A DNA stretch of 64,000 nucleotides from Lingula anatina (Eukaryota; Animalia; Brachiopoda): assembly GCA_051362555.1 (NCBI GenBank), contig CM120645.1, forward strand, positions 19,778,001-19,842,000. The letters run 5' to 3'. The notes under the pieces were generated by a model. That model searched no databases. It was given only the letters and a program-made list of their open reading frames with translations, and was not told the DNA's origin. The position numbers were made by a program, and so were the translations under genes. Positions within the stretch are counted from its first letter, which is position 1, and each line of letters starts with the position of its first letter. Positions 1 through 13,400 of this stretch are shown here, piece after piece.

Positions 1-59
1 TATCTCGTAAATCTCTCATTGACTCATGATGTATACATATCATACATTCTTGGACCCCA

Positions 60-260
60 TTTCCAGAGATTAGATCGATCTACTTTAGATCGACCTAACT
101 CCCTGGGGGTTCACGCTAAATAGCTGTCAGCCGGGCAGACACGAAAGTTAATTACCCCCTTACAGCTTGTAGTAGGCGGGACAGACATTTAAGCCGGATT
201 ATTTGACAGTAATCTAGTGAGACTCCCCGCGGGGATAGATCGATCTAAAAGCTCTGGGAA
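60..260. mobile_element. Putative MITE with imperfect TIRs
   Basis: ttccagagattagatcgatcta at about 60 versus tagatcgatctaaaagctctgggaa ending at about 260; no clear TSD. Confidence 0.45.
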
Positions 261-271
261 TACAGCCTTAC

Positions 272-390
272 TTGAAGAGTTTCTTCTCCAGATATTGGTA
301 CATAGGTGCAGACTGGGGCACCTCCACTGATGACATGGCATACACATGGAGGCAGAAGATTTTGGACCCACTGAAACCCACGACAAAACC
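272..390 (-). CDS. IFT122: IFT122 exon 14
   Basis: [39 protein letters not shown]. Confidence 0.95.
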
Positions 391-3300
391 CTGAAATAGC
401 AAGGTCAAGGTTATGGTCAAATTAAGGTCAAGTTCAAAGTCAGCAGATGACATGATAGAGTGTCTGCATGAGAACAAGAAATATAGCATGGACAGCTGTC
501 TTAATTCTATGAATTCTGACTCATAATTATTTTACATAGATAACATATATCAACATTTGCATAAGAATCTAAACTTGACAGAGAACAATTTTTGTAGCTA
601 TAAAGTTGTTAGATATGTGTCCCCAAAAATACGGGTTGATTTACATTCCATTCCATGTAGGGCACATGACATTGCTGGTGTTCATGTTTTAAAAAATAAA
701 TGCAATGCATAAAAATGTTGGACAAAAAGAAGGATAATCACATGAACTATCACTTAAACCACTGAACTCACGAAAAGTATATATATATAGCAACATCATT
801 ACAATATAATGAAAGTGATCCATGAACCAACCAGCCTGCCATCTAGCAATGCAAGCAATCCGTACCAGACAATAAGTAAACTAAATATTTACTGTAACTT
901 ATTCACCAGTATATAATATACGAGCACATAAACAGAAACACATTACGTGACCAAGCTAGTGAATTCTCCGTGTTCTTCTTGAAAAAAAAAAAAAAAACCG
1001 TCTTAGTCATATACAAAACTCAACAAAACAGTTCTTAATATCAACTCGTGCTTGCCAGCGGTAGATTGACATAAGTCTATAAATTCCAAAGCACCGATTC
1101 CCCAATCTTTTCCCACAGCTGTTTATATCACCAAGCAGATGCATTCTGTGAGCAGAAGCCACTCTGTGAGCCATTCTTTGGTGAAATAATCAAATCTGGT
1201 TACCCAAGACATTATCTGATTTGCATTCTATGTCAAACATGCCTGTCAATACGCAAGAGACTGAAGCAGTGAGAACAATAAAATCACAAGAGTCCCTTCA
1301 TAAACATTGTATTAAATAGAACTAGAGTTAAAATACTTCCTGCCATTGGAAAATTTAAAATAAGTTGATGTTTTTTTAAAGACTTGATAAGTGAGTGTGG
1401 GTGTTAAGCTGTGCAGAGCCTGTTTAATTTACCCATGTGTGTAGGTCGTTCATACAAGGTCTATATTAAACTGGGATTGGTCCAACTTTCATTATTGAAC
1501 AACCACATAACAAAGATCACGTAAGATCTCATACACCTAAAACCCCAGAAAATCATTATTATAATGGTCAGATTAACTAACAACTTTCCAGGGATTCAGA
1601 TGTCTGAGATTTACTGGGGATCTCTGGGATATCAAGCTGGTGGTCTGATAACGTGAGTATACCCAATCTCCAGTCTTCAGGCCTTGTGTGAACTGACCAG
1701 TTAACTTACCAGAGGGAACTGCAGGAAGAGAAAGGTTATGAAGTCAGTACATGCACACACTTATAGAACTTATGGCACATTCAGACAGAGTAAGGCTTGG
1801 ATCGATTTGGATCTAAACAGCATCACCAGACATCCGCATATATTTTTTTCTAGTTAGTAAGGCATTTTATACCCAGGGGAGATGGAGATGATGGTGCCCC
1901 CCCCCCTCCCCCCCAATCACAAAATTAATGTATCAATTAATTAAAAAAATTATAATAGAACCTGCTAATAAAGTCACTAAGCAGCAAATTGCTGGGCTGT
2001 GAACTCTTTGAGTTACAGTCAATTGGTGATATTATCTAGATGGAAACCAGTCCTTACATCTGTGTCTGAAAGCAGCTTTAGGAATAAAGAATGTTATCAT
2101 TACTTGAATAAAAAAAGTTAGGTGGCTTATTAGTGCATACTAGATAAGTCATCTATATTAACAAAAGCAGTCAAGTTAAAAGTTAAGAGGAGAAAGGTTT
2201 CAAGTACAATTCGTAATAATACTAACAACTGGGTACTACTAGGGAACATAATGTCCTATATACAAATGTGCACGTTTATCTCCAGATGTGTCAGAATCAT
2301 ACACATTGGTCCTATATCTATCATCATTACAGCTCCCCCTACACATAACTCCCCCTTCCCCTGGTGACATTACCTGTAGTTTCTGTTGGTGTATGGGGAA
2401 GTTGCTGGCCTTGATGTTCAGCAGGCCAGAGCCACTGAAACACAGCATGTCCTCGTTCTGTGTGTTCCAAGCAACACTGTTGGCATTGGGCTCCTGGAAT
2501 TTGGGAAATGAACGGGTGACAGTCATGAATCTTTTCGTTTTCAGTGTTGTCATTTGTAACTATGTTTAATGGCGCATACAAGAGATGAGAAATATCAACA
2601 TATGCATAACAAAAAAATAAAAATGAATTAAATAAAGGCTGGGTAAAAAGCGAATACAAACAAGCACACATACACTTGTACACATAAGCAAAATTATAAC
2701 CCCTTGTACACACACACTACAATACATACCTGAAACAGCAGTTCCTTGGTGTTGACATCGTACACCAGACAGGTGCTGTGTTCGTCCACCACAGCCAGCT
2801 TGGTGCGGCTCGCACTCATGTCCAGACAGCGCACAGAGGTGGCCTGCTTCAGCAGAACTATGGGGAATGGATTGTCCACAAATATCTTCATAATCTGGGG
2901 GGTACAAGGAAAATTGGGTGTATTGTTTGTTATGGTATTTATCAAAATGTTATTTTTTCCCCATAATCAGGAATAATATGAAAAATCCCATTTTTATTAT
3001 TATCATTATCAACTTTATTATTATTTGCTGAAAAAGCTTTGTTGTAAACAAATACAATACTGCAGAAGTGATCAAGTACATAAATTTAAAATTTCAAGGG
3101 CAGTCAGGACTTGACTTCTGATTTCAAAATACATTAGCAAGCATTTGCTAGTGCTTAAGATAATTGTAAATTCAGAATTAGATTTTTAAAAAATCATGTA
3201 TAAGTTTAATATGGGTTACCTGTCCATTCTTCAGTCCTACTAGTAAGCCCTCTCTACCAGGTGGCCCCCCTATCACCTTGATGTAACGAATTAGCGACTC

Positions 3301-4734
3301 CATGATCCACTCCCGCTCCTTTATTCCTTTGAAGTTCAAGCACTGGAGTCTTTTCTCCTGAAATATCAAACAGCATGAATTTTTAGGTGGAGAGTGCAGA
3401 TGCTTTCTTGGCTCAATCAAAATTTGCACTTTATCAATGATAAACTTACATTTTCCTTAGCCAAATTAGAGCATGTTATTGTTTAGCATTTTGCTAAATT
3501 TCACTAAGCAAGAACGAACCAAGGGTGGTTTATATCCAAAGAATATATATCTAACATCAGATACCTCCAAACCCCCTGAATTTCAGTAGCTATGGGAAAC
3601 TCACCTCAACAACTACCTTCTACCGTTTCAAGCAACCTCTGAAACTCAGGGCGTTTCCCTGCTTACCTGACACAGAATGATGTGCTGAGAGCAGACCACC
3701 AGGAGATTGCAGTCAAACTTCTTGTTGATTTTCTCCTTTATCCTGTAGTGCATGTCAGCAGAGTCATCCGAGTACAGCTCATAGACCACTATCTTGTCTG
3801 GGAGTTGCACCTAAAAGAAAGTAACATTGCATGATATTTTGTCAGGATGCTGTCACTGCTGAACATATTGTTATTCATCAAATGCCTGGTATTCTTAAGC
3901 AAATTATCATTATTTTTAGTATATGTACTACTATTATTCAGCCTAAGTGACACAGGCATTGATATGGAGCCCTGAAGTCCACTTACTGCAAGTCTGTGTC
4001 TGTAGATGGCTATCTTCTTTACCAAGTCTCTACACTTGATGCGAACTGCAACAGTAAAAACAGTAAAATAATGAGAAAAAAGTAAGTGAACTACAAAATA
4101 ATGATCCAGTAACAAATTATATAATATCTAAAAAAGTGATTTAAAGTATGTACATTTAAATATTTTCTTTTAATCTAGTTTTATGTGGCAGTGCAGAAAA
4201 CTCATTATGTCTCAAGAACACACAGTTTGTTGTAAATACTCATTCCAACAAAACATGACACAAACACTTAATACAAAATGCTTAACTTTTAAGTTTTATA
4301 ACAAAAGAAAATCTTTTAAATACATGTTATCCAATCTCAAAACATATTACATTGGTATTATGAAGAGTAAACAAAAAGAATGTCTTAATAATAAGAACAA
4401 AAATAGGAATAAATAACTAATTAATTAATAGTTTTTCATTATGGTAAAACTGGATTAATTTAGTATATTTTTCAAACATTTTTAGAAATCATATAATTGT
4501 TCAACAGTAAAAAAAATACTTAAAACTGCAACACATTTCAATGTAATATTGACTTATATAATGAAGATTTACTTTTGGAATCTGGATCTAGTGTTCTGGG
4601 ATCTTTGAATATAAAAGAAAATTGGACAGGTCACTTTAGATAAGTGTGTAAGTTGACAGCTCACTTCAACTAGATTTTTAAGTTGACAGCGCACTTTACC
4701 TAGGTTTGTAAAAGGCATAACCTCCTGTCGTTTC

Positions 4735-4812
<78 letters not shown>

Positions 4813-6345
4813 CACACACACCGTTTAAACTTGCCAAATATGTGCTCAAATACTTTCTTATATTTCACCTATAAATCATAACAAGAGGCTCCAATACAAG
4901 AGTGAATCCGGCAGTGTTACTTCCACCTACCTTTCTGGTCTGTGATAAGATGCTGTATGATGACATCAGTCATGTTGTCCCTGTAGGCATACCTGTCTTT
5001 GTACAGTCCATGGACGGTGCTGAAGATTAGCTGGTAGTACGCTATCGTACCATCCTGACACCCTATGGCCTGAAACAAATCACCAACAATAATTTCTAAT
5101 CTGATTCAAAATGAGGTTGTTTCATGGAGAGTGCCCCCCTCCCAACTCAGGGGTGTGTGGGAACCCATTGGATTTGTTCATGAAAATCGAACCTAAACTG
5201 CCAGTGAGTCAGGCCTTACATAAAACATGGCTGTATCAGTATGGCCATTGCTTTTGACACACCATGGCGGCAGAGGATGGGATTTGTACATAAATTCAGT
5301 AACAACCTTGTACATAAATTCAATTACAACTGAATGTTAAATTTCTCCTTACCACATAATTGGAGTCTGGTCGCACCCTACAACACCAGACCCAGGAATT
5401 CTGCTCTCCAATGGTGCCCAGTTTGACCCCCTCTTTAGTGTGAAGGGACACCTGTTTGTTGGAGCCCCCAATCACCACGTACTCCCCTTTAGAGAACCAG
5501 CTGACGCAGCAGGGGTCGTACTCCAGGTGGCGATCCTTACCAATCTGATATCAAAGGGAACCACAATTAATTTACCATGAAAAAAATACTTCTAGAGTCA
5601 TCTTTCATTTAAGAACCCACAAGGAAGTTCCACTACAGAACTCTGAAGTATGAGGTGTCAAGTTTCAAATACAGATTAAAATTTCAGGATAGAAAGCTAT
5701 TCAGGAATGAAAGTTTTTTTTTCAATTACCACTGAAACCAGGTTTCCTTATATTTTTAAAAGAATTTGTATTGTCTTTTTCTTTGATGGAGGTGTTCCCT
5801 CTTGTAGTGCTAGATATAGTTAGCAAATATTGTTTTCTCAACTTCTCTAACAGCTCAGTATATACAACAACATGCAATGTACTAATATACAAACAGATCA
5901 AATACATAGCATTGCGTCATTTTAACTTTAAGACCCAGGACTTCCTTGAAATTTGTTGTAATTCACAATTAGCCCACTAGATCATTTTAACCTCATCTGC
6001 GTGATGGTATTAGATTAACCATGTAATCATGTATCCAAATATCACCTCACCTGTTTTCCAGAGAGTTGATAGAATGAAAGTTGACCGCCCCAATCTGCTA
6101 CGGTCAGGATGTCAAATGCCTCATCTCTGAAAACAAAAACATAAGTCATACAAATAAAAGACGTAAACCTTTTTTTTTTTCATTGTTTTTAACATAGGTA
6201 CTTTTCTGCCTTTGTGCAATTATTTTAAATGACATTTTATTCTGTTGAAATGTTATGTAATTAGCAAATACTTTTTAAAATTTTTTCTTATCCTATGGTT
6301 CAAAATTTGTAAAATCATGCACTTTGCTTGGATTATTTTCTATAA

Positions 6346-6388
<43 letters not shown>

Positions 6389-9300
6389 AATGCACAACAT
6401 TTCATGCCCACTGACAGATTCAGAATTTTGTTAGGGAGGGCACTGTGCACGTATGTGTGTGTGTGTGTGGGGGTGGGGGTGGGGGGGGGGGGGTGGGATG
6501 CCTTGTTTTGGGAAAATTTTCACATTTTCCAAAATCTTTGGGAAAGGGAATCGCATATCTTTTACCTTCTTGAATCTGCCAGTGGTCATGATAATATCAT
6601 ATATGATTATAACAATATCAAGTCAGTCATCTAACAGAAATATATTAACCAATAATAACATAAAAATAGTCAAATGAACTAATAAATCAGTCAATAAATA
6701 CATTAAAAGAAACACTGTCATTTTATTTCACTTCTCAGCAAGAAGTAGAGTACCCTCACCAATTAACCAAAGAATCAAAGTTTCTTCAAATAGACTTCAC
6801 GCTATTTCTGAATCATCAAAATCAAAATAAGAAGAAATACTTAAAATATAAATACACTACAATCAGAACTTTACACAATGGGTTGTATGTTAAAAGTTGT
6901 TCAGGATTTTAGAAATTAAGACAAAAGTCATGCAAAAAAAAAAAAAAAAAAAAAAAAAAAACAGCATTACCTCTGATAAATGTCACTAGTAAAAAAGAAT
7001 AAAGATGTGTGGTAACAAAGCAAGCATTGTGTTCATAAAACTGCTTCCGAATCGTGTAAATCAAAACAACTGAAGTCCAGCGGCATCAAATGTGAAGACG
7101 TCAATGCAGTAGACTAACATAATACAAGCAATTTGTTTTGTTTTATCAAAACTTTTGAACTTTAATTTTACTTTTATTAGTTGCTGGATAATGGCAGTCT
7201 ATTAACAGTTTTCAAGAATAATATCACAAACATACCTAGAAAAAATCCCTTAACCTTTTTTTTTTTTGTAGTTAAAATTATTACACATCCAGCTGAGAGA
7301 CAAATGTTCTCAAATTTATGATATCAGTCTAGAGACAGTTGAAAAAATATTGGGCAGAGATCTTTTTTCTTTTGCTGACAGAACATGGTGGGGAAGTTTT
7401 CACTTACACGGTGCATAAGCAATGTGAGTGGCATGAAAAATGGTGACTTATAATAATATCTGAATGAGCCCAGGCTAACAGGTGACAATTACATAGAAGT
7501 GGACAAGCCCAGATGTCTGAGCTGACCTGTCACAAGCCCCGCCAGTCAATAAATAACCTAATTTGAAGATAAATATCTGTCCTAACTGTAATCTCTCGTC
7601 TGTCTGGAAAAAATGACCTTTTCCTGACCTAATATTTCATAAATCTCCCTCATTAATGATCATAAGTGATCGTTCAAACCAAATTACACGAGACATTATC
7701 ACTGGAAATGGCTGGCTTTCCCTTTTGTGTCCATGGCATTTGGATTGTCTTCAATCAAAGTAACATTTTTATATTACCTTTGATTCTGTTTCTGTTTCAA
7801 ATGCACTAATGCTCTCACAACATTTCAAACCCTGTTCAAATGATGCATTTTCATCAAGTTTCCATTTTGTTAATTACAAGAGTAAGGACTTGTTCTAGCA
7901 GATATTTGCCACATTTATGGTAAAATGACATTCATTAAATACAAAAAAAAAATCATTTAAGTCATTTTTTAAACTAAAATCAATCATTGTTGTGATTAAA
8001 ATTTAACTTCAGCTCCAATTTTTCAGTTACTTTATATACTAAAGCAATGCTACTGCTTGCATAAGCCAAGACTATCATAAACTGCATATATATATAATAA
8101 CTAGGGGATCAGAGAGGCGATACCGCCTCCGAATATTGTACCACCAGCTGGAGCAAGCACATTCATATAGACCCCCACATATACAAAATAAAGAACACAG
8201 CCACCAGTCTTGTGCTAGACAAGCTGTAAAAATGCAATCAACAAGAATTTTCAAAATATGCAAAAAATATATATATTACTAAAAATGGTACAATCAAAGT
8301 TAAGTTCATCGCAAGGTAGGTCAAAGGTCAATTCCAAGGTCACAGTAAATTGCCAGTATATGACTTCCTATTCAACTTCAATAGTAACTATGGGCCTATC
8401 TCTGCCAGGTTTGGAGTTAAAAGAGAAAGAAATTAGCAGAGTTCAGTTCATGATAATAAGTAGGTCAAAGGTCAATTTCAAGGTCACACTTAGATTGCCA
8501 GTATATGACTTCCTATTCACGTTCAATAGTAACTATGGACCTATCTCTGCCAGTTTTGGAGATAAAGGGGAAGCAAACTATGCAAAGTTCAGTTCATGGT
8601 GAATAGTAGGTCAAAGGTCAATTTTAAGGTCACTTTTAGATTGCCAGTATATGACTTCCTATTCAACTTCAATAGAGACTATGGACCTATCTCTGCCAGT
8701 TTTGGAGATAAAAGGGAATCAAAATTTGCAAAGTTCAGTTCATGGTGAAAAGTAGGTCAAAGGTCAATTTTAAGGTCACATGTAGATTGCCAGTAAATGA
8801 CTTCCTGTTCAAGTTCAATAGTAACTATGGACCTATCTCTGCCAGTTTTGGAGATAAAAGGGAAGCAAAATTTGCAAAGTTCAGTTCATGGTGAAAAGTA
8901 GGTCAAAGGTCAATTTTAAGGTCACATTTAGATTGCCAGTATATGTCTTCCTATTCAACTTCAATAGTAACTATGGACGTATCTCTGCCAGTTTTGGAGA
9001 TATAAGGGACTAAATGTTATAATTTTGGAGTTACCATAATGTGCCATATATTTCCTACAGAAAAAATTAATTAAAATAAAGAAAAGGTCATTTTGGTCAA
9101 AATTCTTGAAATGGGAGGTGCTCTGAAGTTCCAGATGTTCAAATTTGATGAAATAATGTCATTTTTGACCACAAGTTGTCTGCTTTGCCAAGCCTTATGT
9201 TTTATTTTTCCGGAGTTCAAAATTTATTATCCATTACCGTACTGCACATTTTGCTTTCACCACCAATATGTACTTTTTGATACAGCGTAACTCGAAAACC

Positions 9301-10442
9301 GTATGGAATACAAAAAAACGGAGACCACCTCCAGGGTTGGGCTTTACATGCTCTACAAAATGCAAAAAAGAATGGGTGTCTAGCATTAACGGTTCCCGAA
9401 TTAGAGACAGTTTTCAGTTTCGATATCTTATGGCCGCTACTCCCGTGAAAATGCACCGATTGACCCCAAATTCACGGAGATGAAAGATGACCTGAAGGGT
9501 AACACTTTCCATTAATATTATTAGTTAAGTCTGTGTGGTGTCTGAATAAGACCGCAAATAATTTTTTTTTTCGGCAAAAATTTTGTTTTTTTGAAAATTT
9601 TGGCCCGTTTGACCTTAAAATAAAGGTCAAAGGTCAAATCCAAGGGCATATTTGAAATCTACACATATGACTTTTGGAAAGCTGTCTGTAGACATTTTTC
9701 CCATAATTCCTTCTGTAGGGGAGATAATTAGCATTTAATTTTGCCATTTTTGGACAAGGGTGCATTGCAATGAGTGCCACACCTAGACCCCAATACCGAC
9801 AAAGCCCAAATTTTACGTGGAACGAGTTGAGATTATAGGTGACCTAAATCCAAGAGATGGGTATGGAGGCCCTTACCGTCTAGGAGGAGAAGCGGTAACG
9901 GTGACTTGGCGGCGGAGCCGCAGGAGCCGGCGGAACATACGGGTCGGGACTAAAACCATGTGTACCGCCAGCGCCTACGCTGGTGGTACAATAATATGAA
10001 AATTATCTGAGACGGCCCAAAACAAGGCAATATACTGGTGCAATACATAAAACTACAGCTCTCTGTGAAAAAGGCCTCGAGTCATGACCTCTACAGATGA
10101 TTTCCATTAATGTATTTTTTTATGACCTACTTGGAAGGGTTCCACTCCAGAGACCAGACAGGGGACATGGCGGCACCTGGGCGCTCTATCTTCACTTTGT
10201 CTTCTCCAGTCTGAAATATAATATATGGTAACTGTCTTAAGTTCCAAAAAGTTTGTTTTTTTTTTATTTCTCTGAACCACTTGTTCAATAAATTATTTCT
10301 TCTTCCGTGAAACATGAAACACTTACAATGACAGTAACATTTAATTTTTTTTAATGGTTGAAAAGTTATGCAGATACTGAAAAACTGTCATCTTAAATCT
10401 TGCAAGCTTTTGAATTTGGGCCGCCCCCCCCCCCCCCCCCCA

Positions 10443-10476
<34 letters not shown>

Positions 10477-13400
10477 TTATTTCTAATACTTATAACTCCA
10501 TTGTACATCCCAATGGCAAAGTACTGTCCATCATTGGTCCAGCCACAGCAGGTGATCCGACTGCCCACCTTGTGTTTGGACACAGACTTCTGCTCTGGTG
10601 ACCAGAGCCCTGGGGAATAACAAGTGAAAGAATGGAACAGAATTCTTTATTTCTACCAAGTGAAAGAATAGCACGGAATTCTTTATTTCTACCAAGTGAA
10701 AGAATAGCACAGAATTCTTTATTTCTACCAAGTGAAAGAGTTATGTATAATCAGCCCCAGAATTTGAACTAGAAATCATTACACTATGATAAATGGTAAA
10801 AACTGATTTTAACTAAATTTCATCCAAACAGAAGTGTGGTTTCTGATTCATAAACATTCATGAGACAAACTGAAATAGAAAAGTCTATAAATTTTTTAAA
10901 GATTCAAGAAAGTTTGGGTTAAAATTTTACCATGAAAATATTAATTCAATCAATTAAGTGCAGTTTATGGAAAATTCAGATTAGAAACTGACACAGAAAT
11001 TCTGATTTTAACGAATAAATTATGCAATGCTTTCAAAAAAGCTCAGATTAAGGAAGGACATAAAAAAGTTCCATTTTGTTGAAGTGTAAAGAAATTCTCA
11101 CCAAAGTCTGTTTGTGCGCAGCTGGCTAACTGGTGTGTCAGGGGATTGTAGGCCAAACACTGGATAGCATCATTGTGTCTGGAGAAAAATAAATAAATTT
11201 TTTAACGTTTATGTAATGTTACTTAAGGAAATGATTTCATTAACTCTGTAAATAGTTATATTGAAAAATATTTTTGAAAATTAGATGACTAATCTTTTGC
11301 AAATCTTGATGAAGGTTTTGACTAAATTTCATCTGTGTTGGTCACAAATGAAGCTATTGGCAAACTCTACTTGTTCTCGTCTTGCATGAGAAAGCTGAGA
11401 TACTATATTATAATCAAATTTAAGATGAAACCTTCGACAACATAAAAAGTATGAATCTAATTTAAATGAATATTCTTCAATATAATTTAATCTAATCTAA
11501 ACTATCCCACGATCCCCCAGGGTCACAGGGGCGCAGCTGTGTCAGACAGTGATCCATCTGACCACACATCTGATGGTCATTCGCGAGGGCTTGGGGCATG
11601 TCAAAGGTCTCCTCTGTCCAGCCATTGGTGCTGCATGCCCTTTTTCATTAATATTTATCTTTAAAAAATGCCAAAGCACTTGATGCAGGTTTTAAGTAAT
11701 GGACACAAGTTCAAACTGTGAACTAATGGTGCATGGGTGAAAGTTGTAAAAACTGAAAATCCTGAAAATGTCTATTGCAATTTCTCATTGCATTTACACC
11801 ACGAGAAAAAAATTATCATGGCATTTACATCACGAAAAAAAAAAGATCAAAAATGAAGACTGAAAATCCTGAAATCAGACACAATCCTGAAAATTTTCAC
11901 CCCTTGATGGTGAAAGAAAGAATAATGAAAAGGGCTTTGGCGTTGAATTTCTGAGCTGGGAGTATACAAAGGTATTGTTTTTCGTTTGAACAACCATCAA
12001 AACTAAAAATCACAAAAGAAGAAAAGTCTGTTTAGATAAAAGTTCAGTTGAGATGAGTAATTATAATTACAGCTCCCTCTACAAAAACATTGTTGACACA
12101 CGGTCACCATACATCATTCATAAATTATAAAGAAATATAAACAACAATGCTGCCATTACAGAATGCATGTTATGCAAGAAAATGTTCTTCCATATTAAAT
12201 TTCAAAAGTGACCCATTACATAAGCATGGTGCTTTTCCCCATCTATAACCTTTTTGCACCTTATATATCCAAGAGAAAGTCCTTTATGGGCAACAGACTA
12301 AAGCAAATCTGGGGGCCCTACATACCTCCCCTGGAAATCAGAGCCAAAAACTTAAAAGCTTTCAGCAGAAACAAAAAAATGCAGTGGCCTTAAGCAGAAA
12401 TGGTGACCAGTAAGATCTTACTGGCCCTGATAAAATTCTACTAGCATACAGCATGGGGGCAGCTATTGCAGTACATGATGCCCAGACCCAGGATAATCAG
12501 TTAGGCCTTGATAACACTTGTCCCCATGTACTACATGATATAATCACGAAAAAAGCACGTGAGGATATGAACCCTTGCATAAGACAGCCAAAGTCCTGAA
12601 AACTGTTCCAACCTGACGTCATTTATTGGCACAAAATTATTGTTGGAAGACGATACTAGGGGTTATAACCTGAAATATGTGCAAGTCCCCAGCTGCCCAA
12701 TGAACACAAAGCCACAAGCTGCTGTCACGACGCAACCACACCATGATTTGTACACAGTACAACAGGGCTGGAAACAAATCCCATTGCCATATAATACACT
12801 GAATTATATATTTATATCTCATTATATCTGCAGAAAATATACCATTATTAATAACATTTAATGAAAAAAAATTGGTTCTGATATAAAAGAAGTAAAATGA
12901 GAAAAACTAGAGGCATTTTAACGTTAAAGCAACTGTTGTACATAGCAAACAGACCGTTCATTACTTAAAACTCAGTAAGAGCTGGTCACAACAAATTCCA
13001 TCTTTCTAACACTCACTGGTATTTCAGTATCCCTTCTAACTTGTTAGTCCAGATGATGACGCTCTTGTCTGCAGAGCCCGATGCAAATCTCTTCCCATCC
13101 TTGGCATAAGCCACACAGTAGACTGTGTCTTTGTGGCCTTTTAAGGGCTGAATGAGGGTGCCATCGTTGGTGTCGTACACAAGGACACGATTGCCAGCTG
13201 CTACGATGATCTGACTCCCATCAGGTTTGAAGCAAAGGTCCCATATACTGAAAATAGTTTTATTATAACATGTTATTATATTATTCAGTTAATAATAATA
13301 GCCTCAAAATGCTTGACTGAGTTTGTTTTTTCAGTAACAAAAAAAATTTGGTAAAGATGTTTTCGTCGTTTTCATGGAAACATAAGAGGCTTTGCTGTAA

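Noticed and set aside
4569-4868. ORFs with CVCVCV/HTHTHT/ERERER runs (also 45745-45996, 57730-58106)
   Set aside because: Translations of dinucleotide microsatellites.
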